Shown here in pieces: positions 1 to 13,495 of a stretch of DNA of 64,000 bases. Source of the stretch: Nemertoderma westbladi (taxonomy: Eukaryota > Animalia > Xenacoelomorpha); contig JAUCBJ010005609.1 of NCBI GenBank assembly GCA_032718475.1, positions 1 to 64,000 on the forward strand, written 5' to 3'. Within the stretch, counting starts at the first letter, position 1; each line of letters opens with the position of its first letter. Under the pieces are notes generated by a model. It searched no databases. It was not told where the DNA came from and worked only from the letters and a program-made list of their open reading frames with translations. The position numbers were made by a program, and so were the translations under genes.

Positions 1-1204
1 ATATCTCAATGCTGACATACCGGTACTGATGTACCGATATACCTAACTGTTCAGTTGTTGTTTATACTGCTATTTACTGTCAGTTCTTCATAATATGGTT
101 GATGAATTATTATATTTGGAATAACGATAAATAACCCCGCAACCCAATATTCTTGATATACCGAAGGTAAGAGAGAAAGGTTACCAATAACGATTGTGAC
201 TTATGTTAAAGTGGTTTGAAGTGAATCTAATGTTATTTGATAGACCCTACATGAGTCAACCTGTGTTCCTTTTATATGTGACTAAAATCAGTGAAGATTG
301 GCAGATTAGTGTGCAGTATTGTGCAGCATTGTGTATGAGTGAGTCTGTTAAAGAAGCAATTCCTAAAGAATGCGCCATATATGTGAATTATAATTAAGCC
401 ATATCGTTGTGAGTAGTTTAAGTCATAACTCTGTTTATATAGATAAAGCGCCACGTCCTAAAGGAACTGTTAATATTACCGAAGGTGAATAATATTGTCA
501 GAGATTATATAATACTGTCAGTCGAATAATACATTAGGCTTACATAGCAATAAAATTAAACCGTCGAACCCAATCTCCCGGGAATATCCAGCGGGTGAAT
601 GGTCGCGCACGGATTGGTTTCGACTAGTGTAGTGAATCAAATACTTGTCATAGACTAAAAGCAGATTTAATATCTAGAAGACATCTTAATTTGGTGGGTT
701 AAACTGCCAAAGGTCTGAAAGCGCGAACAGGCACCATACAATTACTGTATAAATAAACTTGTTAGGATAACTCTAATCGCGCCTACAAGGCATTGATGTT
801 ATGATAAGGAATTCTAGTGAGATAATAATAGAAATAAAACATAGTTTATATATACTAGAATAAAAGTTTTATTATTTTTCATAGTATTATTTTGAATTCC
901 AAATTTAAGTTTTGAATTTTTTTCAATATTGGTACAACAAATTCAAGATTATTCCATAACTAACATTTGTACAAAGTGTATTAAGTATACATGTATTAAG
1001 TGGCATGTTAAAATGGTAAAACCTCTACTATTGGGCCGTGTTGCGTAACGTCCTTATGGATATTGTAGCCAGTATACACACTGTTGCTATAGCAAACATA
1101 TTGGGATATTGAAATAAAAAATATTTGCCTATTATATAGAGATTTATATGATTTTCTAAGTGTATTACAAAGTACAATACATATATTTTTATCAATTCTT
1201 AGAT

Positions 1205-1386
1205 AAAATACGATACGAAAAAAATACAAACATTTTTCGTATTTCGTATCGTATCTTGGATTGGATTTTTCGTATCGTATCGTATTTTCTCAGATTTACA
1301 TTCGTATCGTATCGTATCGTAAAAAATTTGTTCGTATCGTATCGTATCGTATTTTCGTATCGTATCGTATCGTATCCTGCCCCTGC
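1205..1386. repeat. (TCGTA)n microsatellite-like array ending in a probable hAT-type terminus (non-autonomous DNA transposon end)
   Basis: Repeated TCGTATCGTA blocks end in ...CGTATCCTGCCCCTG, whose reverse complement is CAGGGGCAGGATACGATACG. The matching other end was not found. Confidence 0.5.
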
Positions 1387-2392
1387 ATAAAAGTAGCCGC
1401 TAGCGTAATCAAAATATAATACTATATCACTTCTTACGGGTTATAGGCCTATGGGTGTAGGCCTACATGGTATGATGTTTATTTAGGCCATATAGGTGTC
1501 GCATTCTAGTATGTTAGGTAGAAGGGACAAACATACTGAAGATATTGGTCCTCGCCTCACGCATCCGTCACCCGACATGTACAAATTATACATAAATGCA
1601 TCCTTTTTAACGACGGAGTTGTATGAAATTTTGCCCTTCGATTTTTCGAATAAAATAACTTTTCAAATAATAGATGACTCCAGGTAGAACATGTTTTATA
1701 TGACTGTCCACTGGTCACTTTATGTGGCAGCTGAGATGATTTACAGTCAATATTATGTTATTATATGAGTGTAGTAGCGTCATATACAACATCAGTAAAT
1801 TATAAATACAATCGCTTAATCACAATTAACTTGTAACAATAGATGATATGACTCGACTAACCTTTTACAGTTGATTGTCTGAAAACAGAATTTCGAAGAA
1901 AATTATATTTAGCTGTTTGCAACTGAAGTATCGTCGATACTGCCCTAAAGTTGTACGTCTCTGTACATCAAAAAATCAGCATATTATTATAAGTTAACAT
2001 TTTGTAAGATATTATATTTTTATACTCAACAAGAACTATCATAAGAAAGAGGCCCGGTGGTTGCTTGAAGTTTTATCCAATCAAATTGCCCGTAGTTGTC
2101 GCTCATGAACTTTACCTCTATGAAAACCATTTAGTTTAATGGAGCTGCTGCAAAATACACAACATATAGAAAGTAGAATTTCCTACATGTACGAAGCCAC
2201 GAAAACAACATAGCAGTACTTCCTTAAGGAAGATAGGTTGCTTCGGAGAAATACTTGAGTTACGTTCCGGTTTACCTGAAAACTTCCTGCTTTGTTTAAT
2301 CATGTTTGTTTAATTATCATTATATATAAAATTTAATTAATCTATATTACGATAATTATAGGTTTAATTAGAAGGTATAAATATGTCAGTAT

Positions 2393-3074
2393 ATATTAAA
2401 TTCGGTAGGTAAGTATGAATAAAATAATTATATTTCAACTGCAGATCGCAGCAATTATCAATCACTGAATCGATGAATTGCTAACCGGTAGCGTTAAATT
2501 CTGTTGCCTAAATATAAATTCAATTGAATATTGCACAAAACAAACTAACTACAGTACAAAGTATTAATATTACACCAAATATACACGTGAATGAAATGAC
2601 CTAACACCACAATCCCCCCCACCACCACCACACACACACACACACACTATTCTCACATGGTCAATCATTAAATTGAATTTTATTAATTTTTTCCTGCGCT
2701 AAAGTTGTCTACCTCAACTGAAACCTGTTTGATTTATTGCTCGATGTCCTAAATTCTTTATATGTAAAGTCTCGAGAACTAAACGGGGGTACAACATACT
2801 TCCTCCTCCTATTACGTTGGCTTTATGGAATAACGGGACATGTTTCTCCTCTACTAAATGTGCCGCTAACTCTGTAGCTTTTTCAACCTCGTGTCTTAAG
2901 TCCCGATATCATGAGCTATTAATCTTATATCGAAGATTGGCCTACATACAGTTTATCGCACTCACACGGGATGGCGTAAACCGGTTAGCAATTCATTGAT
3001 TCAGTGATTGATAATGGATGCGATCTGCAGTTGAAATATATGACTTATTCATACTTACCTAGCGAATTTAATAT
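2393..3074. mobile_element. Foldback/MITE-like element with ~95-bp imperfect inverted arms
   Basis: 2393-2489 (ATATTAAATTCGGTAGGTAAGTATGAATAA...TTCAACTGCAGATCGCA...GAATTGCTAACCGGT) is the reverse complement of 2980-3074 (ACCGGTTAGCAATTC...TGCGATCTGCAGTTGAA...TTATTCATACTTACCTAGCGAATTTAATAT). Confidence 0.65.
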
Positions 3075-3114
3075 TACGATAATTTTGCCATTCATTAACT
3101 ATCATATTTGTATG

Positions 3115-6100
3115 GAGGTATGAGCGATATGATCGATATATGGATGATAGGATCGAGGTACGGCTGATAGGAACGGGGTAAGGCCGATAGGAACGAGATA
3201 CGGATGATAGGAACGAGGTGCGGCCAATAGGTGCGATGTACGGCTGATAGGATCGAGGTACGGCTGATAGGAACGGGGTAAGGCTGATAGGAACGAGATA
3301 CGGATGATAGGAACGAGATACGAATGATAGCAACGAGGTACGACCAATAGGTGCGAGGTACGGCTGATAGGATCGAGGTACGGCTGATAGGAACGGGGTA
3401 AGGCTGATAGGAACGAGATACGGATGATAGCAACGAGGTACGGATGATAGGATCGAGATAAGGCTGATAGGAACGAGATACGGGTGATAGGAACGAGATA
3501 CGGGTGATAGGAACGAGATACGGATGATAGGAACGAGGTATGGCTGATAGGATCGAGGTAAGGCCGATAGGAACGAGATACGGATGATAGCAACGAGGTA
3601 CGGCTGATAGGATCGAGGTACGGCTGATAGGAACAAGGTAAAGGCCGACTGTAACGAGGTACCGCCGATAGGATCGAGGGACGGCCGATAGGAGCGAGGT
3701 ACGGCTGATAGGAATGCGGTACGACTGATAGGAACGAGGTACAGCCAATAGGAACGAGGTACGGCCGATAGGAACGAGGTATGGCCAATAGGTACGAGGT
3801 ACAGCTGATAGGAACGAGATACGGATGATAGAACGAGGTATGGCTGATAGGATCGAGGTACGGCCGATTATGGCTGATAGGAACGAGGTACGGCTGATAG
3901 GAACAACGTATGGCCAATAGGAACGAGGTACGGCCAATAGGTACGAGGTATGGCTGATAGGATCGGGGTACGGCCGATTATGGCTGATAGGAACGAGGTA
4001 CGGCTGATAGGAACGAGGTACGGCCGATAGGAATGAGGTACGACCGATAGGTACGAGGTATGGCCAGTAGGAACGAGGTACGGCTGATAGGAACGAGGTA
4101 TGGCCAATAGGTACGAGGTACGGCTGATAGGAACGAGATACGGATGATAGAATGCGGTATGGCTGATAGGATCGAGGTACGGCCGAATATGGCTGATAGG
4201 AACGAGGTACGGCCGATAAGAACGAGGTACCGCCGATAGGATCGAGGTACGGCTGATAGGAACGAGGTACGGCCGATAGGAACGAGGTATGGCCAATAGG
4301 AACGAGGTACGGCCGATAGGAACGAGGTACGGCCGATAGGAACGAGGTACGGCCGATAGGTACGAGGTATGGCTGATAGGATCGGGGTACGGCCGATTAT
4401 GGTTGATAGGAACGAGGTACAGCTGATAGGAACGAGGTACGGCCGATAGGAACGAGGTACGGCCGATAGGTACGAGGTATGGCTGATAGGAACGAGTTAT
4501 GGCTGATAGGAACGAGGTACGGCCAATAGGAACGAGGTACAGCCGATAGGTACGAGGTATGGCTGATAGGAACGAGGTACGGCCGATAGGAACGAGGTAT
4601 GGCCAATAGGTACGAGGTACGGCTGATAGGAACGAGATACGGATGATAGAACGCGGTATGGCTGATAGGATCGAGGTACGGCCGAATATGGCTGATAGGA
4701 ACGAGGTGCCGCCGATAGGATCGAGGTACGGCCGATAGGAACGAGGTACGGCCGATAGGTACGAGGTATGGCTGATAGGAACGAGTTATGGCTGATAGGA
4801 ACGAGGTACGGCCAATAGGAACGAGGTACAGCCGATAGGTACGAGGTATGGCTGATAGGAACGAGGTACGGCCGATAGGAACGAGGTACGGCTGATAGGA
4901 ACGAGGTACGGCCGATAGGAACGAGGTACGGATGATAGAACGAGGTATGGCTGATAGGAACGAGGTACGGCCGATAGGAACGAGGTACGGCTGATAGGAA
5001 CGAGGTACGGCCGATAGGAACGAGGTACGGATGATAGAACGAGGTATGGCTGATAGGTTCGAGGTATGGCCGATTATGGCTGATAAGAACGAGGTACGGC
5101 TGATAGGAACGAGGTACGGCCAATAGGAACGAGGTACAGTCGATAGGTACGAGGTACGGCCGATTATGGCTGATAGGAACGAGGTACAGCTGATAGGAAC
5201 GAGGTACGGCTGATAGGTACGAGGTATGGCTGATAGGAACGAGTTATGGCTGATAGGAACGAGGTACGGCCAATAGGAACGAGGTACAGCCGATAGGTAC
5301 GAGGTATGGCTGATAGGAACGAGGTACGGCCGATAGGAACGAGGTACGGCTGATAGGAACGAGGTACGGCCGATAGGAACGAGGTACGGATGATAGAACG
5401 AGGTATGGCTGATAGGATCGAGGTATGGCCGATTATGGCTGATAGGAACGAGGTACGGCTGATAGGAACGAGGTACGGCCAATAGGAACGACGTACAGCC
5501 GATAGGTACGAGGTATGGCTGATAGGATCGAGGTACAGCCGATTATGGCTGATAGGAATGAGGTACGGCCGATAGGAACGAGGTACGGATGATAGAACGA
5601 GGTATGGCTGATAGGATCGAGGTATGGCTGATAGGATCGAGGTACGGCCGATAGGAATGAGGTACGGCCGATAGGAACGAGGTACGGATGATAGAACGAG
5701 GTATGGCTGATAGGATCGAGGTATGGCCGATTATGGCTGATAGGAACGAGGTACGGCTGATAGGAACGAGGTACGGCCAATAGGAACGACGTACAGCCGA
5801 TAGGTACGAGGTATGGCTGATAGGATCGAGGTACAGCCGATTATGGCTGATAGGAATGAGGTACGGCCGATAGGAACGAGGTACGGATGATAGAACGAGG
5901 TATGGCTGATAGGATCGAGGTATGGCTGATAGGATCGAGGTACGGCCGATAGGAATGAGGTACGGCCGATAGGAACGAGGTACGGATGATAGAACGAGGT
6001 ATGGCTGATAGGATCGAGGTATGGCCGATTATGGCTGATAGGAACGAGGTACGGCTGATAGGAACGAGGTACGGCCAATAGGAACGAGGTACAGCCGATA

Positions 6101-8464
6101 GGTACGAGGTATGGCTGATAGGATCGAGGTACAGCCGATTATGGCTGATAGGAATGAGGTACGGCCAATAGGAACGAGGTACAGCCGATAGGTACGAGGT
6201 ATGGCTGATAGGAACGAGGTATAGCCAATAGGTACGAGGTACGGCTGATAGGAACGAGATACGGATGATAGAACGCGGTATGGCTGATAGGATCGAGGTG
6301 CGGCCGAATATGGCTGATAGGAACGAGGTACGGCCGATAGGAACGAGGTACCGCCGATAGGATCGAGGTACGGCTGATAGGAACGAGGTACGGCCGATAG
6401 GAACGAGATACGGCCGATAGGAACGAGGTACGGATGATAGAACGAGGTATGGCTGATAGGATCGAGGTACGGCCGATTTATGGCCAATAGGTACGAGGTA
6501 CGGCTGATAGGAATGAGATACGGCCAATAGGAACGAGGTACGGCCGATAGGATCGAGGTACGGCTGATAGGAACGAGGTACGGCCAATAGGTACGCGGTA
6601 CGGCTGATAGGAACGAGATACGGATGATAGAACGCGGTATGGCTGATAGGATCGAGGTACGGCCGAATATGGCTGATAGGAACGAGGTACGGCCGATAGG
6701 AACGAGGTACCGCCGATAGGATCGAGTTACGGCTGATAGGAACGAGTTACGGCCGATAGGAACGAGGTACGGATGATAGAACGAGGTATGGCTGATAGGA
6801 TCGAGGTATGGCAGATTATGGCTGATAGGAACGTGGTACGGCTGATAGGAACGAGGTACGGCCAATAGGAACGAGGTACAGCCGATAGGTACGAGGTATG
6901 GCTGATAGGATCGAGGTACAGGCGATTATGGCTGATAGGAATGAGGTACGGCCGATAGGAACGAGGTACGGATGATAGAACGAGGTATGGCTGATAGGAT
7001 CGAGGTACAGCCGATTATGGCTGATAGGAATGAGGTACGGCCGATAGGAATGAGGTACGGATGATAGAACGAGGTATGGCTGATAGGATCGAGGTATGGC
7101 CGATTATGGCTGATAGGAACGAGGTACGGCTGATAGGAACGAGGTACGGCCAATAGGAACGAGGTACAGCCGATAGGTACGAGGTATGGCTGATAGGATC
7201 GAGGTACAGCCGATTATGGCTGATAGGAATGAGGTACAGCCGATAGGAACGAGGTACGGATGATAGAACGAGGTATGGCTGATAGGATCGAGGTATGGCA
7301 GATTATGGCTGATAGGAACGTGGTACGGCTGATAGGAACGAGGTACGGCCAATAGGAACGAGGTACAGCCGATAGGTACGAGGTATGGCTGATAGGATCG
7401 AGGTACAGGCGATTATGGCTGATAGGAATGAGGTACGGCTGATAGGAACGAGATACGGATGATAGAACGCGGTATGGCTGATAGGATCGAGGTACGGCCG
7501 AATATGGCTGATAGGAACGAGGTACGGCCGATAGGAACGACGAGGTACCGCCGATAGGATCGAGGTACAGCTGATAGGAACGAGGTACGGCCGATAGGAA
7601 CGAGATACGGCCGATAGGAACGAGGTACGGATGATAGAACGAGGTATGGCTGATAGGATCGAGGTACGGCCGATTTATGGCCAATAGGTACGAGGTACGG
7701 CTGATAGGAACGAGATACGGCCAATAGGAACGAGGTACGGCCGATAGGATCGAGGTACGGCTGATAGGAACGAGGTATGGCCAATAGGTACGAGGTACGG
7801 CTGATAGGAACGAGATACGGATGATAGAACGCGGTATGGCTGATAGGATCGAGGTACGGCCGAATATGGCTGATAGGAACGAGGTACGGCCGATAGGAAC
7901 GAGGTACCGCCGATAGGATCGAGGTACGGCTGATAGGAACGAGGTACGGCCGATAGGAACGAGGTACGGATGATAGAACGAGGTATGGCTGATAGGATCG
8001 AGGTATGGCAGATTATGGCTGATAGGAACGTGGTACGGCTGATAGGAACGAGGTACGGCCAATAGGAACGAGGTACAGCCGATAGGTACGAGGTATGGCT
8101 GATAGGATCGAGGTACAGCCGATTATGGCTGATAAGAATGAGGTACGGCCGATAGGAACGAGGTATGGCCAATAGGTACGAGGTACGGCTGATAGGAACG
8201 AGATACGGCCGATAGGAACGAGGTACGGATGATAGAACGAGGTATGGCTGATAGGATCGAGGTACGGCCGATTATGGCTGATAGGAACGAGGTACGGCCA
8301 ATAGGAACAAGGTACGGCTGGTAGGTACGAGGTACGGCTGATAGGAACGAGATACGGATGATAGAACGAGGTATGGCTGATAGGATCGAGGTACGGCGTG
8401 ATTATGGCTGATAGGAACGAGGTACGGCTGATAGGAACGAGGTACAGCCGATAGGTACGAGGTA
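3115..8464. repeat. ~5.3-kb satellite, ~20-bp unit GGTACGGCYGATAGGAACGA, with shorter variants and higher-order structure
   Basis: Direct tandem repetition. The ORFs at 5433-5780 and 5731-6078 translate identically, showing a 298-bp higher-order duplication. Confidence 0.97.
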
Positions 8465-8534
8465 ATCAAGCAGCTAAGTTAGACATATTATATGATTCAA
8501 GAAATATGGCTATGGCTAGTGATATGAATCATAT

Positions 8535-10194
8535 AGGTCAATGCCAACCATATTAACCAATGTCCATTAAATGTGATTTTTGAAATTTGTTGAATTTTGT
8601 AATTAACTTTGAGAATTTGCCATAGTGATGGTTAGAAATAGCGATAATTTCTGCATATGAAACCAGAAAGTGCCCCAACAATTTCTTGGCCGTTATTGAG
8701 AGAAACGTTCTGGAATGCAAAAATTGAGAAAATTTTTGTGTCATGTATGGGCAATTTATAAATATTTTTTTCGTACTTTGTGTCCATATTCTTGAAAATC
8801 GTCGTTTAATGGCGGTTTGAGGTTGAGGTGTCCGGCAAGAGATATCAGATCGAAGTGGAAAGTTTTCTGGTGAGAAAAAATGTAAAATTTCTGTCACTAA
8901 AAATACATTTTTATAGAGTGACAACACAAAGTTTCATTTTCTGGGAAACTTTGACATGAAATGTGGGGCTAATTGTTTTTTTTCCTGTTAATAACAATGT
9001 GATACACAAAACTGTTGCATTTGGTCAACTGAAAACCGTTCATTCATATTAAAAAATTAATTTGAAAATGTAAATAGACAGTTTTTTGATGTCATGTATG
9101 GGACATTGATATGGTATAGGAAGGAATTTACATGGAAACGATTATTATAAATTTTGACATTTATTTTCCACTCCTCCATACTAGAATTTAAATCCAGTTT
9201 ATCGTCCTTCCCACTGCCAACTCCTGTTCCATTCCCAACTTCCATCCCACTCTCAACTACTGTCTGGCCCAATCTCAAAACCCTTTCCACAAATAGTTAT
9301 TTTTGGTAATAAGTTAATTTGGTCTGTTGTCAATTAAGGGGAAGGCGCAGGTTACAGTTTATCTGTGACTGGTAAGCCCCCAACCTTTAATTAAATGTAA
9401 GTAATTAGTTGTTTAGACCATGATTAACTTCTGCCCTCAATACAATGTCAAGTATGGGACATCCTGTCACGTTATTAGACATGGCAGATTTTTAAACCTG
9501 GCCAAATAAATATTTATGTAGCAGTCTCACTGATACAACCCATTCATGGCGAAACTATCTGAGAAATGGATGTGGTGATCTAAATCTTTATGAGTTCGCT
9601 TTTTCTAATAAAAAGAACCTCCGTTAAGTATGGGACACATTTTTGGACCATTTTGGACACGCTCGCTCACGCAATTTATTCATATGATCTGCTAAACCAC
9701 CAAAAATTGGCAATCTAATTGAAACACATGGAAGAATATGAGTGGAAGTGTTAACACATCGGGTTACTGGCCCATATTTGACAATTTATATGCCATTAAA
9801 TTAATCATTTACCGAGTCGGACCACGTAATTTTTTTTTTTGTATTTTTGATATCTCAAATTTACTACGAAGCTACGTTTATTTGTTCACAGGAATTATAC
9901 TGTGCAGGGATATTAATCGTTTGGCACCTGGATTGTAATTTTAATGGCCAAAATGGACCCCTAATCACAATCATAACATTTGAAAAATGTCCCTTTAGTA
10001 ACGATTTTTTTAAAAATTCGATGTAGCTATTTCACAAACTGTGGTTAGAGTGTATCACAGTAGGAGGGGACGATTATAGTGTATCTGGCGATCAAATTAT
10101 CAAAGCCAACCGACAATTCATTCTCGAATGATTTTACATTTTTGTATATTTTTTGTCCTGTACGTGACTTGGTCAATATGGTTGGCATTGACCC
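8535..10194. mobile_element. Non-autonomous DNA transposon, ~26-bp TIRs, AT target duplication (ISL2EU/Harbinger-group-like)
   Basis: Left end AT|AGGTCAATGCCAACCATATTAACCAA; right end TTGGTCAATATGGTTGGCATTGACCC|AT. The right ~550 bp recurs at ~51380-51947 and ~56800-57361, also followed by AT. The superfamily is inferred from the TSD and termini only. Confidence 0.7.
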
Positions 10195-10974
10195 ATATTT
10201 AATGTTATACCAGTCAAAACATTTTCAATTTTTAAATGGAAAACGAGAATAAAAATGTCTTAACAATTTGTAGAAATTGTATATCTTGGAAAATCTAAAT
10301 AAAGTATATAATATAAATAATAACAATAATAACATACAATAAAAACAGTAACTAAAATAGTGTGTTAAAATTGTTATGTTTATAAAGAACTGATACTATT
10401 TGGGAGGGAGTTGGGGAGGGTGTTGGTAAAGGGCGGCGGGTGCATGTGCGCGCATGGATAGTAACACTGGAGGGGGTGGGAAACTCTGTGCGTTAAAGGG
10501 TAATTGACTTGATTCAATTGATAATCAATAGCAAATATATATGGCACCTTCCCAGGATATTAGTTTGTCAATAAGGGCGGGAAAAGTACAGTAGGCCTAT
10601 AGGGTGTCCTTAAGCGTGTCCTTGATCGTGCCCGCATGGTAGGTATGAATAAAAACGATGGGGATAATTTAGTATAAAGACATCATCATTATTGTGACAT
10701 TCGCGTGGAAATCAAATTTAGATAGTCCCAGATATTATGTATTCTGTGCAAAACACTGGCAAGTCATGTCCTATTCGAGGTGAATTTGTATGCTGGTATA
10801 GTTTGTCACATGATTACTCTATGCTCAAGGTATGCAAGATACCTATAGTGTTGGGTTCATCATGGTGATGCCCCTAAAGAATGTGCAAGTAGATTATTAT
10901 GCATTTTTAAGAGATAAATTGTGTGTCGTACTGAAGTTCAAAATGTTGAACTATTCTTTGTTGTAATAACGATT

Positions 10975-11109
10975 TACATACTTGTGTGTAAAGTAGCACT
11001 TTACAGTGTGATGATCCGAGTGCTTTGTTACACGAACGAACGTAGTGAGTGAGTGAAAATAAAGCCACGAGGATCAGAACACTGTAAAGTACTTTGTAAC
11101 AAGCATGTA
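10975..11109. repeat. ~135-bp palindromic (hairpin) element
   Basis: TACATACTTGT...ACTTTACAGTGT...TGATCC pairs with GGATCA...ACACTGTAAAGT...ACAAGCATGTA; the centre reads CGAACGAACGTAGTGAGTGAG. Confidence 0.6.
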
Positions 11110-11276
11110 TCTAGTTTTATTCCAAAATTGTAACATTACGAAATGACTGCATATATATTATAAGTGATAGAAACTGCACAAATTAAATTAGTTGCTGTAT
11201 AAATAAATGTAAAAATGACATAAATTATGTTTATAAAAAAGTTAGCTTATATTTATGGTGGCGTTTGGATTCATGT

Positions 11277-13495
11277 TAATAGTAAGCTACTGGTTATTAA
11301 TAATAGTATAGCTACTGGTTATTAATAATAGTATAGCTACTGGTTATTAATAATAGTATAGCTACTGGTTATTAATAATAGTATAGCTACTGGTTATTAA
11401 TAATAGTATAGCTACTGGTTATTAATAATAGTATAGATACTGGTTATTAATAATAGCATAGCTACTGGTTATTAATAATAGTATAGCTACTGGTTATTAA
11501 TAATAGAATAGCTACTGGTTATTAATAATAGTATAGATACTGGTTATTAATAATAGAATAGCTACTGGTTATTAATAATAGTATAGATACTGGTTATTAA
11601 TAATGGTATAGCTACTGGTTATTAATAATAGTATAGCTACTACTGGTTATTAATAATAGGATAGCTACTGGTTATTAATAATAGTATAGCTACTGGTTAT
11701 TAATAATAGTATAGCTACTACTGGTTATTAATAATAGTATAGCTACTGGTTATTAATAATAGTATAGCTACTGGTTATTAATAATAGTATAGCTACTGGT
11801 TATTAATAATAGAATAGCTACTGGTTATTAATAATAGTATAGCTACTACTGGTTATTAATAATAGGATAGCTACTGGTTATTAATAATAGTATAGCTACT
11901 GGTTATTAATAATAGTATAGCTACTACTGGTTATTAATAATAGTATAGCTACTGGTTATTAATAATAGTATAGCTACTGGTTATTAATAATAGTATAGCT
12001 ACTGGTTATTAATAATAGAATAGCTACTGGTTATTAATAATAGTATAGATACTGGTTATTAATAATAGAATAGCTACTGGTTATTAATAATAGTATAGAT
12101 ACTGGTTATTAATAATAGTATAGCTACTGGTTATTAATAATAGTATAGCTACTACTGGTTATTAATAATAGGATAGCTACTGGTTTGGTTATTAATAATA
12201 GTATAGCTACTACTGGTTATTAATAATAGTATAGCTACTGGTTATTAATAATAGTATAGCTACTGGTTATTAATAATAGTATAGCTACTGGTTATTAATA
12301 ATAGTATAGCTACTGGTTATTAATAATAGTATAGCTACTGGTTATTAATAATAGAATAGCTACTGGTTATTAATAATAGTATAGCTACTGGTTATTAATA
12401 ATAGTATAGCTACTGGTTATTAATAATGGTATAGCTACTGGTTATTAATAATAGTATAGCTACTACTGGTTATTAATAATAGTATAGCTACTGGTTATTA
12501 ATAATAGTATAGCTACTGGTTATTAATAATAGTATAGCTACTGGTTATTAATAATAGTATAGCTACTGGTTATTAATAATAGTATAGCTACTGGTTATTA
12601 ATAATAGTATAGCTACTGGTTATTAATAATAGTATAGCTACTGGTTATTAATAATAGTATAGCTACTACTGGTTATTAATAATAGGATAGCTACTGGTTT
12701 GGTTATTAATAATAGTATAGCTACTACTGGTTATTAATAATAGTATAGCTACTGGTTATTAATAATAGTATAGCTACTGGTTATTAATAATAGTATAGCT
12801 ACTGGTTATTAATAATAGTATAGCTACTGGTTATTAATAATAGTATAGCTACTGGTTATTAATAATAGTATAGATACTGGTTATTAATAATAGTATAGCT
12901 ACTGGTTATTAATAATAGTATAGCTACTACTGGTTATTAATAATAGTATAGCTACTGGTTATTAATAATAGAATAGCTACTGGTTATTAATAATAGTATA
13001 GATACTGGTTATTAATAATAGAATAGCTACTGGTTATTAATAATAGTATAGATACTGGTTATTAATAATAGTATAGCTACTGGTTATTAATAATAGTATA
13101 GCTACTACTGGTTATTAATAATAGGATAGCTACTGGTTATTAATAATAGTATAGCTACTGGTTATTAATAATAGTATAGCTACTGGTTATTAATAATAGT
13201 ATAGCTACTGGTTATTAATAATAGTATAGCTACTGGTTATTAATAATAGTATAGCTACTGGTTATTAATAATAGTATAGCTACTGGTTATTAATAATAGC
13301 ATAGCTACTGGTTATTAATAATAGTATAGCTACTGGTTATTAATAATAGTACAGCTACTGGTTATTAATAATAGTATAGCTACTGGTTATTAATAATAGT
13401 ATAGCTACTGGTTATTAATAATAGAATAGCTACTGGTTATTAATAATAGTATAGCTACTGGTTATTAATAATAGTATAGCTACTGGTTATTAATA
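11277..13495. repeat. ~2.2-kb minisatellite, 25-bp unit TGGTTATTAATAATAGTATAGCTAC, with 28-bp (+TAC) variants
   Basis: Highly homogeneous tandem array read directly from the sequence. Confidence 0.97.

Noticed and set aside
3055-8469. Many long minus-strand ORFs (SYQPYLVPIGRTSFLSAVPR repeats)
   Set aside because: By-product of a stop-free 20-bp satellite unit cycling through all three frames; no gene structure.
11277-13495. CRISPR-like appearance of the regular arrays (also 27960-28610)
   Set aside because: No unique spacers, no cas genes, and a eukaryotic context.
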